This document shows, piece by piece, positions 35,268 through 44,623 of a stretch of 64,000 nt of DNA. The DNA is from an uncultured Bacilli bacterium. GTDB taxonomy: Bacteria > Bacillota_I > Bacilli_A > RF39 > UBA660. The notes beneath the pieces are model-generated. The model had not been told where the DNA came from, made no database searches, and worked only from the letters and a program-made list of their open reading frames with translations. The stretch spans positions 33,804-97,803 of the forward strand of contig CAKOPN010000005.1 of assembly GCA_934100165.1 (NCBI GenBank). The letters are read 5' to 3'. The translations under genes and the position numbers were made by a program. Position 1 is the stretch's first letter. Each line of letters opens with the position of its first letter.

Positions 35268-36416
35268 ATGAATTTTTTTATTGAGTTAATTAAGTATTTA
35301 ATACTAACATTATTCCCACTTTTTCTGTACAAGTCATTTGAAGGATATGATAAGGATAAAAATGCATTGTTGAATATCCTTATCGCGTCATCTTTTTTAG
35401 TTGCAGTAATTTTTCTTAATGATATATATTTTATAATTTTTCTTTATGTACCTTATTATATTTGTTATATCAAAAAGAAAAAACTACTTGGAACACTGGT
35501 TTTAATTTCATCTATTGTGTTTTTATACAATTCTTATGGAATTTCAATATATCTTTTAATATTACAATTTATATCATTCTTAGTGTTGCTTTTTATAAAT
35601 AAAAAAGAATATCTATTTCTAACATTTTCAACATATTTTTATTCACTTGAAGTATTTATTTATGTATCAAATAATGTAAATTTTATTTACATGGTATTAC
35701 TAGCACTAATAACGTGTTTAATATATATTTTAATTGAAGATTTTATTCTAGTAAGTAAGTATCAACAACTAGAAAAAACTTACAATGCTTATTTATTTAA
35801 ATTTATTCATGAAATAAAAAATCATTTATCAATTTGTAAGGGATATTTAGAGATGTATAAGAGTAAAAATAGTAAGAATAAAAAAGACTACTTAGAGCAT
35901 GTAACAAAGTCAATAAATGAGTCTTTGGACATTATGGAAGATTATCTTTTGTATGGAAGATATAATGTTCAGTTTGATTACTTAGATGCAAATCTTCTTT
36001 TAAATGATGTATACAATGATTTTAAAAGTTTATATGATGGAAAAAATGTTGATATAGATTTTAATTACAATGAAGATGAAATTTTTATAAAAGGTGATTA
36101 CAATAAATTAAAACAGGTTTTGGTTAATATAATAAAAAATGGTATTGAAGCTAAAAAGGATAAAAAAAGGGCCCAAATAAGGCTTAGTATAGATAAAACA
36201 AATTCTAATGTAATTATAGAAATTAAAGATAATGGTATTGGAATTAAGAATTTAGATAAGTTAGGTAATGAATTTTATACTACTAAAAACTATGGTACTG
36301 GATTAGGGGTAAGTTTTTCTAAACACATAATAGATCTTCATAATGGTGATATAAAATATATATCTAATAAAGATGGTACAACTGTCAAAATATCATTACC
36401 AATTCAAAATATCTAA
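35268..36416 (+). CDS. Orphan sensor histidine kinase with polytopic N-terminal membrane domain
   Basis: About 382 aa from the ATG at 35268 (GAAGG RBS). About 6 TM helices, H-box FIHEIKNHLSICKGYLEMY, and HATPase_c N, G1 and G2 boxes (IIKNGIEA, IKDNGIGI, GTGLGVS). No response regulator gene is adjacent. Confidence 0.75.
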   Translation: MNFFIELIKYLILTLFPLFLYKSFEGYDKDKNALLNILIASSFLVAVIFLNDIYFIIFLYVPYYICYIKKKKLLGTLVLISSIVFLYNSYGISIYLLILQFISFLVLLFINKKEYLFLTFSTYFYSLEVFIYVSNNVNFIYMVLLALITCLIYILIEDFILVSKYQQLEKTYNAYLFKFIHEIKNHLSICKGYLEMYKSKNSKNKKDYLEHVTKSINESLDIMEDYLLYGRYNVQFDYLDANLLLNDVYNDFKSLYDGKNVDIDFNYNEDEIFIKGDYNKLKQVLVNIIKNGIEAKKDKKRAQIRLSIDKTNSNVIIEIKDNGIGIKNLDKLGNEFYTTKNYGTGLGVSFSKHIIDLHNGDIKYISNKDGTTVKISLPIQNI

Positions 36417-36454
36417 ATTAAATGATATAATATCCACAGGAGAGAAGTGATATT

Positions 36455-36913
36455 ATGAATAAAGAATATATAATTATGGAGTTAATACCAAGTCATTCAA
36501 ATGAGGATAAAGGAATAATTGTACAAATTCAAGCTTTAAAACTTAATGGACTTGAGCTGTTAGAAAGATTTGATTATAGAGTAAATGAATCTTTAGTGAA
36601 TAACCCTGATTTATTAAAAATAATTAGTTATGATAAAGATATGTTTAAATATACTGATACTGAAGAAGAACTTATAAGAAATTTTAAAAAATTCATTGGT
36701 AAAGATAAGCTGCTTATAATCGATAATTTTTATACAAGAGGTTATTTAAAGAATATAAAAAATAAAAAAGAGTCTATTTTTGATTACTTAAATATTGAGT
36801 ATAGTAATGATGTCTTTGACAAAATAAAGGAGAAGTATAATTTAGAAGATACTAATCATCTTGTGGATTTACTTTACGAAGCATTACTCATGGAAGATAA
36901 GGTAAATGTATAG
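36455..36913 (+). CDS. Hypothetical protein
   Basis: 152 aa, cytoplasmic, no confidently recognisable domain. Confidence 0.45.
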   Translation: MNKEYIIMELIPSHSNEDKGIIVQIQALKLNGLELLERFDYRVNESLVNNPDLLKIISYDKDMFKYTDTEEELIRNFKKFIGKDKLLIIDNFYTRGYLKNIKNKKESIFDYLNIEYSNDVFDKIKEKYNLEDTNHLVDLLYEALLMEDKVNV

Positions 36914-37019
36914 TAATAATTTGGGTTGGAAACGATAAATAATGAATAAAGTTTTATGAATTCTTCTTTGGCTATGATATAATAAATATGCAAGTAAAAT
37001 TTTGCTAAGGAGGTAAAAA

Positions 37020-37712
37020 ATGATTTATTCACAAGAAGTGGAAAATATGTGCAAAGTTACTAAAGGTGCAGATCATGGACCAGCACCAATTCCAGAAGAA
37101 GGAAAATGGGTAAAAGCAAAAGAGATTAAAGATATTTCAGGACTTACTCATGGTATTGGTTGGTGTGCACCACAACAAGGGGCATGTAAATTAACACTTA
37201 ATATTAAAAATGGAATTATAGAGGAAGCTTTAGTAGAAACTGTTGGATGTTCAGGTATGACTCACAGTGCAGCAATGGCTAGTGAAATACTTGTTGGAAA
37301 AACTATTTTAGAAGCTCTTAATACAGATTTAGTGTGTGATGCAATAAATACTGCTATGAGAGAATTATTCTTACAAATAGTATATGGAAGAAGTCAATCT
37401 GCATTCTCAGAAAATGGTCTTCCAATTGGAGCAGGATTAGAAGATTTAGGAAAAGGACATAGAAGTCAAGTTGGAACATGTTACAGTACTAAAGTCAAAG
37501 GGCCTAGATATCTAGAACTATCTGAAGGATATATAACAGATATAGCACTTGATAAAAATGATGAAATCATTGGTTACAAATTTGTTAATCTTGGAAAAAT
37601 GATGGAAAATATCAAAAAAGGTATTGAACCAAAAGAAGCAATTGAAAAAGCAAGTGGAAAATATGGAAGGTTCGATGAAGCTGTAAAAGTTATCGATCCA
37701 AGAGAGGAGTAG
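37020..37712 (+). CDS. NifU/IscU-like domain protein
   Basis: 230 aa. The N-terminal segment GIGWCAPQQGACKLTLNIKNGIIEEALVETVGCSGMTHSAAMASEILVGKTILEA has the IscU/NifU N-domain pattern, including the conserved Cys positions. AGGAGG RBS. Confidence 0.55.
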   Translation: MIYSQEVENMCKVTKGADHGPAPIPEEGKWVKAKEIKDISGLTHGIGWCAPQQGACKLTLNIKNGIIEEALVETVGCSGMTHSAAMASEILVGKTILEALNTDLVCDAINTAMRELFLQIVYGRSQSAFSENGLPIGAGLEDLGKGHRSQVGTCYSTKVKGPRYLELSEGYITDIALDKNDEIIGYKFVNLGKMMENIKKGIEPKEAIEKASGKYGRFDEAVKVIDPREE

Positions 37713-37716
37713 TAAA

Positions 37717-38715
37717 ATGGCACTTTTTGAAAGTTATGAAAGAAGAATTAAACAAATAGAAAAGAAGTTAAAAGAATATGGAATCAAATCACTTGATGAA
37801 GCTAAAGCTATTTGTGATGACAAAAATATAGATGTATTTAAAATCGTAAGAGGTATTCAACCAATTTGTTTCGATAACGCATGTTGGGCATATACAGTAG
37901 GAGCAGCTCTTGCAATTAAATCAAATGTAAAAACAGCAAAAGAGGCAGCAGAAAAAATAGGTGAAGGTCTACAATCATTCTGCATACCTGGTAGTGTTGC
38001 AGATGATAGAAAAGTTGGACTAGGACATGGGAACTTAGGAGCAATGTTATTATCAGAAGATACAGAATGTTTTGCCTTCTTAGCAGGACATGAATCTTTT
38101 GCAGCAGCAGAAGGTGCTATTGGAATTGCTAATTCAGCTAACAAAGTAAGAAAGAAACCATTAAGAGTAATATTAAATGGATTAGGAAAAGATGCTGCAC
38201 AGATTATCTCTAGAATAAATGGATTTACTTATGTAAAAACAGAGTTTGACTACTACACAGGAAAACTTAAAATAGTAAGTGAAACACCATATTCAAAGGG
38301 TGAAAGAAGCAAAGTTAAATGTTATGGAGCAGACGATGTTAGAGAAGGTGTTGCTATAATGCATCATGAAAAGGTTGATGTATCAATTACTGGTAACTCT
38401 ACTAACCCTACAAGATTTCAACATCCAGTTGCAGGTACATACAAGAAAGAATGTAACGAAATGGGTAAAAAGTACTTCTCAGTTGCATCAGGTGGTGGAA
38501 CAGGAAGAACACTTCACCCAGACAATATGGCAGCAGGACCAGCTTCTTATGGTATGACTGATACAATGGGAAGAATGCATAGTGATGCACAGTTTGCAGG
38601 AAGTTCAAGCGTACCAGCCCATGTTGAAATGATGGGACTAATTGGTATGGGAAATAACCCAATGGTTGGAGCTACTGTAGCAGTTGCTGTCGCTATTGAA
38701 GAAGCAATGAAATAA
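37717..38715 (+). CDS. GGGtGRT-family protein
   Basis: 332 aa. It contains the family-defining motif SVASGGGTGRTLHP and a Gly/Ala-rich C-terminal region. It is adjacent to the NifU-like gene with a 4-nt gap. Confidence 0.6.
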   Translation: MALFESYERRIKQIEKKLKEYGIKSLDEAKAICDDKNIDVFKIVRGIQPICFDNACWAYTVGAALAIKSNVKTAKEAAEKIGEGLQSFCIPGSVADDRKVGLGHGNLGAMLLSEDTECFAFLAGHESFAAAEGAIGIANSANKVRKKPLRVILNGLGKDAAQIISRINGFTYVKTEFDYYTGKLKIVSETPYSKGERSKVKCYGADDVREGVAIMHHEKVDVSITGNSTNPTRFQHPVAGTYKKECNEMGKKYFSVASGGGTGRTLHPDNMAAGPASYGMTDTMGRMHSDAQFAGSSSVPAHVEMMGLIGMGNNPMVGATVAVAVAIEEAMK

Positions 38716-38848
38716 TATAAAATAAATGTTATAAGAAAAGGAATCCTATCACTGGGTTCTTTTTATTTATTAAAAAAATCTAATGTATAAAATAATTTCA
38801 CAGAATTTTCATAGATAAGTTATAATATCAGTAAAGAGGTGGTGCAAG

Positions 38849-39526
38849 ATGAAAATACTCGTTGTGGATGATGAAAAACTTATAAGAGAAGTAATTTGTG
38901 AGTATGCAAGGAATGAAGGCTACAGTGTAATAGAAGCTGAAAATGGGGATGACGCAATAAATAAGGTTACAGAAAATCCTAACATTGATTTAATAATCAT
39001 GGATATAATGATGCCTAAATTAGATGGTTATAGCGCTTGTAAAGAAATATTTAAAATAAAGAAATATCCAACGATAATGCTTTCTGCAAGAAAAGAAGAG
39101 TATGACAAACTTTTAGGCTTTGATCTTGGAATTGATGATTATGTTACTAAACCTTTTAGTCCAAAAGAACTTATGGCTAGAATAAAGGCTGTATTAAACA
39201 GAAGTAAAAAAGGCTTTGATGATGAAGATATATACAAATACAAAACACTTGAAGTAAATAAAAGAGCACATACAGTAAAAGTAGAATCAAAAGAAGTTAA
39301 ACTTACTCCAAAAGAGTATGAATTACTACTTTATTTTATTTCAAATAAAGGTATTGCCTTATCTCGTGAACAGCTTTTAGCAAGTATTTGGGGATATGAT
39401 TTCTTTGGTGATGATAGAACTGTTGATACACATATTAAAATGTTGAGAAATTCACTTGGAAAATATAGAGATTTGATAGTAACAGTAAGATCAATGGGGT
39501 ATAAGTTTGAAACAGATGAAAAATAA
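38849..39526 (+). CDS. OmpR-family response regulator
   Basis: 225 aa. Receiver domain (MKILVVDDEKLIRE...DLIIMDIMMPKLDG) and winged-helix C-terminus (LTPKEYELLLYF...TVRSMGYKF). Confidence 0.9.
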   Translation: MKILVVDDEKLIREVICEYARNEGYSVIEAENGDDAINKVTENPNIDLIIMDIMMPKLDGYSACKEIFKIKKYPTIMLSARKEEYDKLLGFDLGIDDYVTKPFSPKELMARIKAVLNRSKKGFDDEDIYKYKTLEVNKRAHTVKVESKEVKLTPKEYELLLYFISNKGIALSREQLLASIWGYDFFGDDRTVDTHIKMLRNSLGKYRDLIVTVRSMGYKFETDEK

Positions 39527-40892
39527 ATTAGGGTTTAAAATATGGCTTTACTTAATAGCATTCTCAGTTGCTATTTTACTTCTTTTATGGTGCTTTCAAA
39601 TATTGTCTTTAAAGGATTATTATGAATTTTCTACAAAAAAAGAAATAAGTAAGACCGTAGAAAAAGTTAAAAAGCTTTACAATGATCCTAATTATGCTGA
39701 TTATTTTGATAAGTTATCTTATGATAATGATATGTGTATAGAGTTATATGATGGTATTGTTAGAGTGTATTCATCTTTCAGTTGTACTTCAACTGCAATA
39801 GAATTTAGTAGAGAGAAAAAAGCATTTATAAAAGCCGATATTACATCCCAAGGCTATGAAGTAAGTAATGGTTTAGATGATAAAGTGCTTTTATATGGTA
39901 TTGAATTAGATGATAATAAATATGCTTTTATTCAAGCTTCACTAATTCCAGTTGATTCAACAGTTAGTATCCTAAAAAAGCAATTACTTTTTGTCTCTTT
40001 CTTCACTTGTGTTTTATCTGTATTAGTCGCATATTTTATATCCAGAAAAATATCTAAACCAATTGAAGATATAAATGATAATGCTAAAAAGTTGTCAAAA
40101 GGAATATATGATGTAAAGTTTGATGAGAATAGTACTGTACAAGAAATAAATGAACTAAATAAAACTTTAAATTATACAAGTAGTGAACTTGCTAAAACAG
40201 AAAATCTAAGAAGAGAACTTTTGGCCAACGTTTCTCACGATTTGAAAACGCCTCTTACAATGATAAAAGCATATGCAGAAATGGTAAGAGACTTGACATA
40301 CAATAACAAAGAAAAAAGAGAGAGCAATTTGAATGTAATTATAACTGAAAGTGATAGATTAAATTTATTAGTAAATGATATTTTGGATTTGTCAAAATAT
40401 CAGTCAGGAAGTATAAAACTTGAATATGAAACTTTTGATTTGGTTTCTTTTATAAAAGATATCACAAAAAGATATGATATTTATGAAGAAAAAAATGGTT
40501 ATGATATAACTTGTAAATGTAAAGGTCATATATATGTAAATGCTGATAAAAAACGACTTGAGCAAGTAATGTATAATTTAATAAATAATGCGATAAATTA
40601 TACTGGTGATGATAAAAAGGTTTACGTGTTTGTAAGAGAAGAAAATGATAAGGTTAGAGTAGAAGTTAAAGATACTGGTAAAGGTATCAAAGAAGAAGAT
40701 TTACCACTTATCTGGGATAAATATTATAAAGCGGATAAAACATATTCAAGAATTACTGTAGGAACAGGAATTGGTCTTTCAATAGTTAAAAATATTTTAA
40801 TGTTACATAAATTGAATTATGGTGTAGAAAGCACAGTTAATGAGGGAACAACTTTCTATTTTGAACTTCAAGTAGTTAAAAAGCCTGAATAA
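39507..40892 (+). CDS. Sensor histidine kinase, cognate to the upstream OmpR-family regulator
   Basis: 461 aa. Two TM helices flank a ~130-aa extracellular loop, followed by a HAMP-like region, H-box LLANVSHDLKTPLT, and N, G1 and G2 boxes (LINNAINYT, VKDTGKGI, GTGIGLS). It overlaps the regulator gene by 20 nt. Confidence 0.85.
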   Translation: MKQMKNKLGFKIWLYLIAFSVAILLLLWCFQILSLKDYYEFSTKKEISKTVEKVKKLYNDPNYADYFDKLSYDNDMCIELYDGIVRVYSSFSCTSTAIEFSREKKAFIKADITSQGYEVSNGLDDKVLLYGIELDDNKYAFIQASLIPVDSTVSILKKQLLFVSFFTCVLSVLVAYFISRKISKPIEDINDNAKKLSKGIYDVKFDENSTVQEINELNKTLNYTSSELAKTENLRRELLANVSHDLKTPLTMIKAYAEMVRDLTYNNKEKRESNLNVIITESDRLNLLVNDILDLSKYQSGSIKLEYETFDLVSFIKDITKRYDIYEEKNGYDITCKCKGHIYVNADKKRLEQVMYNLINNAINYTGDDKKVYVFVREENDKVRVEVKDTGKGIKEEDLPLIWDKYYKADKTYSRITVGTGIGLSIVKNILMLHKLNYGVESTVNEGTTFYFELQVVKKPE

Positions 40893-40952
40893 TTATTAAA
40901 AAAAATAACATAATATAGGTAGTAATAAATAAATTTAAGTATAGAGGTATAT

Positions 40953-41183
40953 ATGATAAGAGTATTTAGATTTATACTAGAACTTGTTTTGACTGTAATA
41001 GGTCTTTCTTATATATTGATATATTTAAATTTATTAGTCATGGGCTACAGTGTAAAAGATTATATGTATTATATTTTTAGTAAAATAGAATGTATAATCT
41101 TTTTTATTGGTTACATAGCAATTTTAATTGAGCTTTATTTTAGGAGGCGAAAGCATGAACTACATATACGACGTTCTTCTTAA
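40953..41183 (+). CDS. Small hypothetical membrane protein
   Basis: 76 aa, two hydrophobic helices and a basic C-terminus. Could be spurious. Confidence 0.35.
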   Translation: MIRVFRFILELVLTVIGLSYILIYLNLLVMGYSVKDYMYYIFSKIECIIFFIGYIAILIELYFRRRKHELHIRRSS

Positions 41184-41796
41184 TTTTAATGATTCTAAAA
41201 GGTTATATAATTTTTTTGAATGGGATACTAATGATAATATATTGAATGTTAAAAAGGTCTTAGTATTTAGAGTAAGCCATGATGTTCTTTTGGATTTTAT
41301 AAGATATAAAGTAAAAGTAAGTAAAGCATTTCTTAAGAAAATAGAAAATACTGCAATTATTTATAAGCAGAATAAGAAGAAGTATACTCATATGATGATT
41401 TTATCGGATGGAATGAAATCTATTGGTATCAGCCTAAATGACAGTGGCATAACTGAATATAAAAGTAATATGCTTTTAGAGGAAGAAGAGGAAGCTTCTT
41501 TTATAGCGAGTAAAAGCGACTTTGAAAAAATTGAATATAAACGTCTTTCCAAGGAACATAATGAAAGCTTTACTACGCGAAAAGAACTTGAAGAGAAAGA
41601 ATTTATTATGAGAGAAATAAATAGTCTTTATAAAAATAATAATATAGAAAAATTAAAGTATCTATATATTGAGTACTTCGATCAAAAAGAAGAGAATATA
41701 AGCAAGGCTTACAATGATTTAATAGAAAGTTTAAATTCCATGGATGACAAGCATATTGTTTTATATGATTTATTAAAATTAACTTGTAAGAAGTAA
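41155..41796 (+). CDS. Hypothetical protein
   Basis: About 213 aa from the ATG at 41155 (AGGAGG RBS 7 nt upstream). The track start at 41128 is an upstream TTG. No recognisable domain. Confidence 0.5.
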   Translation: MNYIYDVLLNFNDSKRLYNFFEWDTNDNILNVKKVLVFRVSHDVLLDFIRYKVKVSKAFLKKIENTAIIYKQNKKKYTHMMILSDGMKSIGISLNDSGITEYKSNMLLEEEEEASFIASKSDFEKIEYKRLSKEHNESFTTRKELEEKEFIMREINSLYKNNNIEKLKYLYIEYFDQKEENISKAYNDLIESLNSMDDKHIVLYDLLKLTCKK

Positions 41797-41908
41797 AAGA
41801 TGCAAAAGTGTGATAAAAGCACTTTTTTTCAATTATATATGAATTTTTTAAAAGTTTATGTTATTATCTAAGTAAGAAAGTTTAAAACTTTTTAATCAGG
41901 GGGAATTT

Positions 41909-42367
41909 ATGGAATGTATAAAGAAAAAGGATAATAGTTATTTACTAATCGATGAAAATGGAACAAAGATGACTTTATCAAAAGGTGCTGATAAGAGTAT
42001 AACAATTAACTATTTAAAAGAAGAATCAGAACTTAGATGTTTTGTTATAGATAGAGAAAGCACTCTTTATAGCTCTTTTAGTAGTATGCTTGGAAATAGT
42101 GGCAGTCTAAAGTTATATAGTGACACATGTGTCGGAATTCTTGGAAACGGAGTAACTTTAGAAAGGGACAAAAAAGATATATTAGCAACATTTACTTTAG
42201 AGTCAGATTGTGATTATAAAATAGATGATGACAGTATAAGAGTATATCCACATAATGATTTTCATAGCAAAATTGATAAACTATATCAAAAGATAGAAGA
42301 AAAAAGTCAAATAAATAAAACAAAATCAAAAGTAAAACAACCAAAAACAAGAAGATTATCAAGATAA
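41909..42367 (+). CDS. Hypothetical protein
   Basis: 152 aa. Beta-rich N-terminal part and a lysine-rich C-terminus. No recognisable domain. Confidence 0.45.
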   Translation: MECIKKKDNSYLLIDENGTKMTLSKGADKSITINYLKEESELRCFVIDRESTLYSSFSSMLGNSGSLKLYSDTCVGILGNGVTLERDKKDILATFTLESDCDYKIDDDSIRVYPHNDFHSKIDKLYQKIEEKSQINKTKSKVKQPKTRRLSR

Positions 42368-42418
42368 CATAACAGTTGCCCATTTTTAAATTTTTCATAT
42401 ATTACACTAGGTGGTTGT

Positions 42419-43816
42419 ATGAAAAATTTATTTGATCTTTATTTTATTGATGTAAAAGTAAAAGATATTAAAACAAATTCGAAAGAAGTATCAAAAGAGG
42501 ATGTTTTCATATGTATAAAAGGTGTTAATGTAGATAGACACGAATATATAAGTGAAGCGATAAAAAATGGTGCTTCTTTTATTGTGGTATCAAAAGGTAA
42601 AAATTATAAAGTACCTTATATAAAAGTTAAAAATCCAAACAAAGAATTAAATATCTTAACAGACTACATATATGATGATGCTAAAAAAATAAATTTAATT
42701 GCAGTAACAGGAACAGATGGTAAAACCACCACTGCATCCATTATAAAAGATATGTTAAAAGATGAATGCGGTTATATAGGTACAAATGGTGTTATTGGGA
42801 AAAACTATAAAGCAACTTGTGATAATACAACGCCATCACTTGAAAAAACATATAAATATTTAGATATATTTTATAAAGAAGGTTTAACTTATGCAGCTAT
42901 AGAAGCATCTAGTGAAGGAATGATGCATAAAAGATTAGGAAAATTAGAGTTCAAAAGAGCAATTCTTACAAACTTTACAGAAGATCATTTAAATGTTCAC
43001 AAAACATTAAAAAACTATTTGAAATGCAAAAGAAAAGTATTTAAACAAATTTCAAAAGATGGAATTGCTATATTGAATAAAGATGATAAATACTATAAAA
43101 AGTTTAAAGCATCATGTAGGTGTAAAACATTATCATATGGAAAAAGCAAATATTCACGTTTAAGAATTTTGTCATTCAAAGAATACTCTAATAAAACAGA
43201 AATAAAATACCGCTATAAAGGGAAAGTCTTTGAAATAAACAGTCCACTTCTAGGAGAATTTAATGTATATAATTTAAGTGCTGCAATTCTAACTTTATTA
43301 TCTATGGGATACAAAGTTTCAACAATAAGAAAGAAAGTTTACAATATTAAAGTGCCATTTGGAAGATGTGAATTTTTAGACTACAAAACGCCATATAAAA
43401 TAGTTATTGATTATGCACATACTACAAATGGTATAAAAAATATACTTACATATTTAAATAAAATAAAAAGAGGAAAAATAATAACTGTATCAGGATCTGC
43501 CGGGGGAAGAGAAAAAGAGAAAAGAAAATGGATGGGGAAAGCCTTACAAGAATTATCAGACATTGTCATATATACCGAAGATGATCCGAGATATGAAAAA
43601 CCAGGAGAAATAATAAATGATTTAATAGACAAAAGTAAAACAAATTATATAACTATAATAAATAGAGAAAAAGCAATTTTAAAAGCATTATCACTTGCAA
43701 AGAATAATGACATTGTTGCTATCTTAGGAAAAGGTAGAGATAACTACATGGCTATAAAAGATAAAAAAGTTTTTTACAGCGATATTCATGTTCTTGATAA
43801 ATATTTTAATAAATAA
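42419..43816 (+). CDS. murE: UDP-N-acetylmuramoyl-L-alanyl-D-glutamate--diamino-acid ligase (MurE-type Mur ligase)
   Basis: 465 aa. Mur ligase Walker-like motif IAVTGTDGKTTT, the central domain and the C-terminal DYAHT motif. Confidence 0.8.
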   Translation: MKNLFDLYFIDVKVKDIKTNSKEVSKEDVFICIKGVNVDRHEYISEAIKNGASFIVVSKGKNYKVPYIKVKNPNKELNILTDYIYDDAKKINLIAVTGTDGKTTTASIIKDMLKDECGYIGTNGVIGKNYKATCDNTTPSLEKTYKYLDIFYKEGLTYAAIEASSEGMMHKRLGKLEFKRAILTNFTEDHLNVHKTLKNYLKCKRKVFKQISKDGIAILNKDDKYYKKFKASCRCKTLSYGKSKYSRLRILSFKEYSNKTEIKYRYKGKVFEINSPLLGEFNVYNLSAAILTLLSMGYKVSTIRKKVYNIKVPFGRCEFLDYKTPYKIVIDYAHTTNGIKNILTYLNKIKRGKIITVSGSAGGREKEKRKWMGKALQELSDIVIYTEDDPRYEKPGEIINDLIDKSKTNYITIINREKAILKALSLAKNNDIVAILGKGRDNYMAIKDKKVFYSDIHVLDKYFNK

Positions 43817-43854
43817 AAAGTATATAAACATATATTTTAGTAGGAGGAAAATAT

Positions 43855-44547
43855 ATGTTTTTTAAATTGTTAGAAAAACTCAAGAAATTGTTCGTATTCA
43901 CTGCAAGTTATTCTAATAATGTTTTTCTAGATCCATTAACTAAAGAAGAAGAGGAAGAGTGCATAAAAAAAGCTAATATGGGTGATAAGAATGCTAGAAA
44001 TAAACTTATAGAACATAACTTAAGGCTTGTCGCTCACATAGTTAAAAAGTTTGATTATAAAAATGTTGATCAAGATGACCTGATAAGTATAGGCACGATT
44101 GGTCTTATAAAAGGTGTTGATTCCTTTTCTAAAAGTCATGGGACAAAAATTACAACTTACTGTGCAAGATGTATAGAAAATGAAATACTAATGTACTTTA
44201 GGAGTAACAATAAAACGAGTAAAGATATATCTATAAATGAATCAATTGGTTATGATAAAGAAGGAAATGAAATAACAATTCTTGATATTTTAAAAATGCC
44301 AAGTCCTGATTTTGTGGAAACAATAAATGAAAAAGATAATGTAAAACTACTCAAAGAATATGTAAAAGTATTAACGCCAAGAGAAAAAAATATACTTTTT
44401 AAACGTTATGGAATTGGGGACAATGATGAAATGACCCAGAAAGAAATAGCAAAGGATTTAAAAATATCAAGAAGTTATGTATCAAGAATTGAGAAGAGAG
44501 CTCTTATGAAAATATTAAGGGAATTTATGAAGAACAATAAGACGTAA
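43855..44547 (+). CDS. sigK: Pro-sigma-K (sporulation mother-cell sigma factor), uninterrupted
   Basis: 230 aa. Near-identity to B. subtilis SigK over HNLRLVAHIVKKF, DLISIGTIGLIKG, TYCARCIENEILM and ISRSYVSRIEKRALMK. There is an N-terminal ~25-aa pro-sequence. The gene is intact, with no intervening element. Confidence 0.8.
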   Translation: MFFKLLEKLKKLFVFTASYSNNVFLDPLTKEEEEECIKKANMGDKNARNKLIEHNLRLVAHIVKKFDYKNVDQDDLISIGTIGLIKGVDSFSKSHGTKITTYCARCIENEILMYFRSNNKTSKDISINESIGYDKEGNEITILDILKMPSPDFVETINEKDNVKLLKEYVKVLTPREKNILFKRYGIGDNDEMTQKEIAKDLKISRSYVSRIEKRALMKILREFMKNNKT

Positions 44548-44623
44548 ATACTAAGTTAAACTCCATAAAATATTATGGACTTTTTTCTTTTCTAACAGTA
44601 TAATTTTATTATAAATAATAGAG

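Noticed and set aside
36455-36913. 152-aa protein as a DnaQ-like 3'-5' exonuclease
   Set aside because: The N-terminal IIMELIPSHSNEDKGIIVQIQALKL loosely recalls the DEDD Exo I motif. The acidic catalytic residues are not in place and the protein is too short, so I left it as hypothetical.
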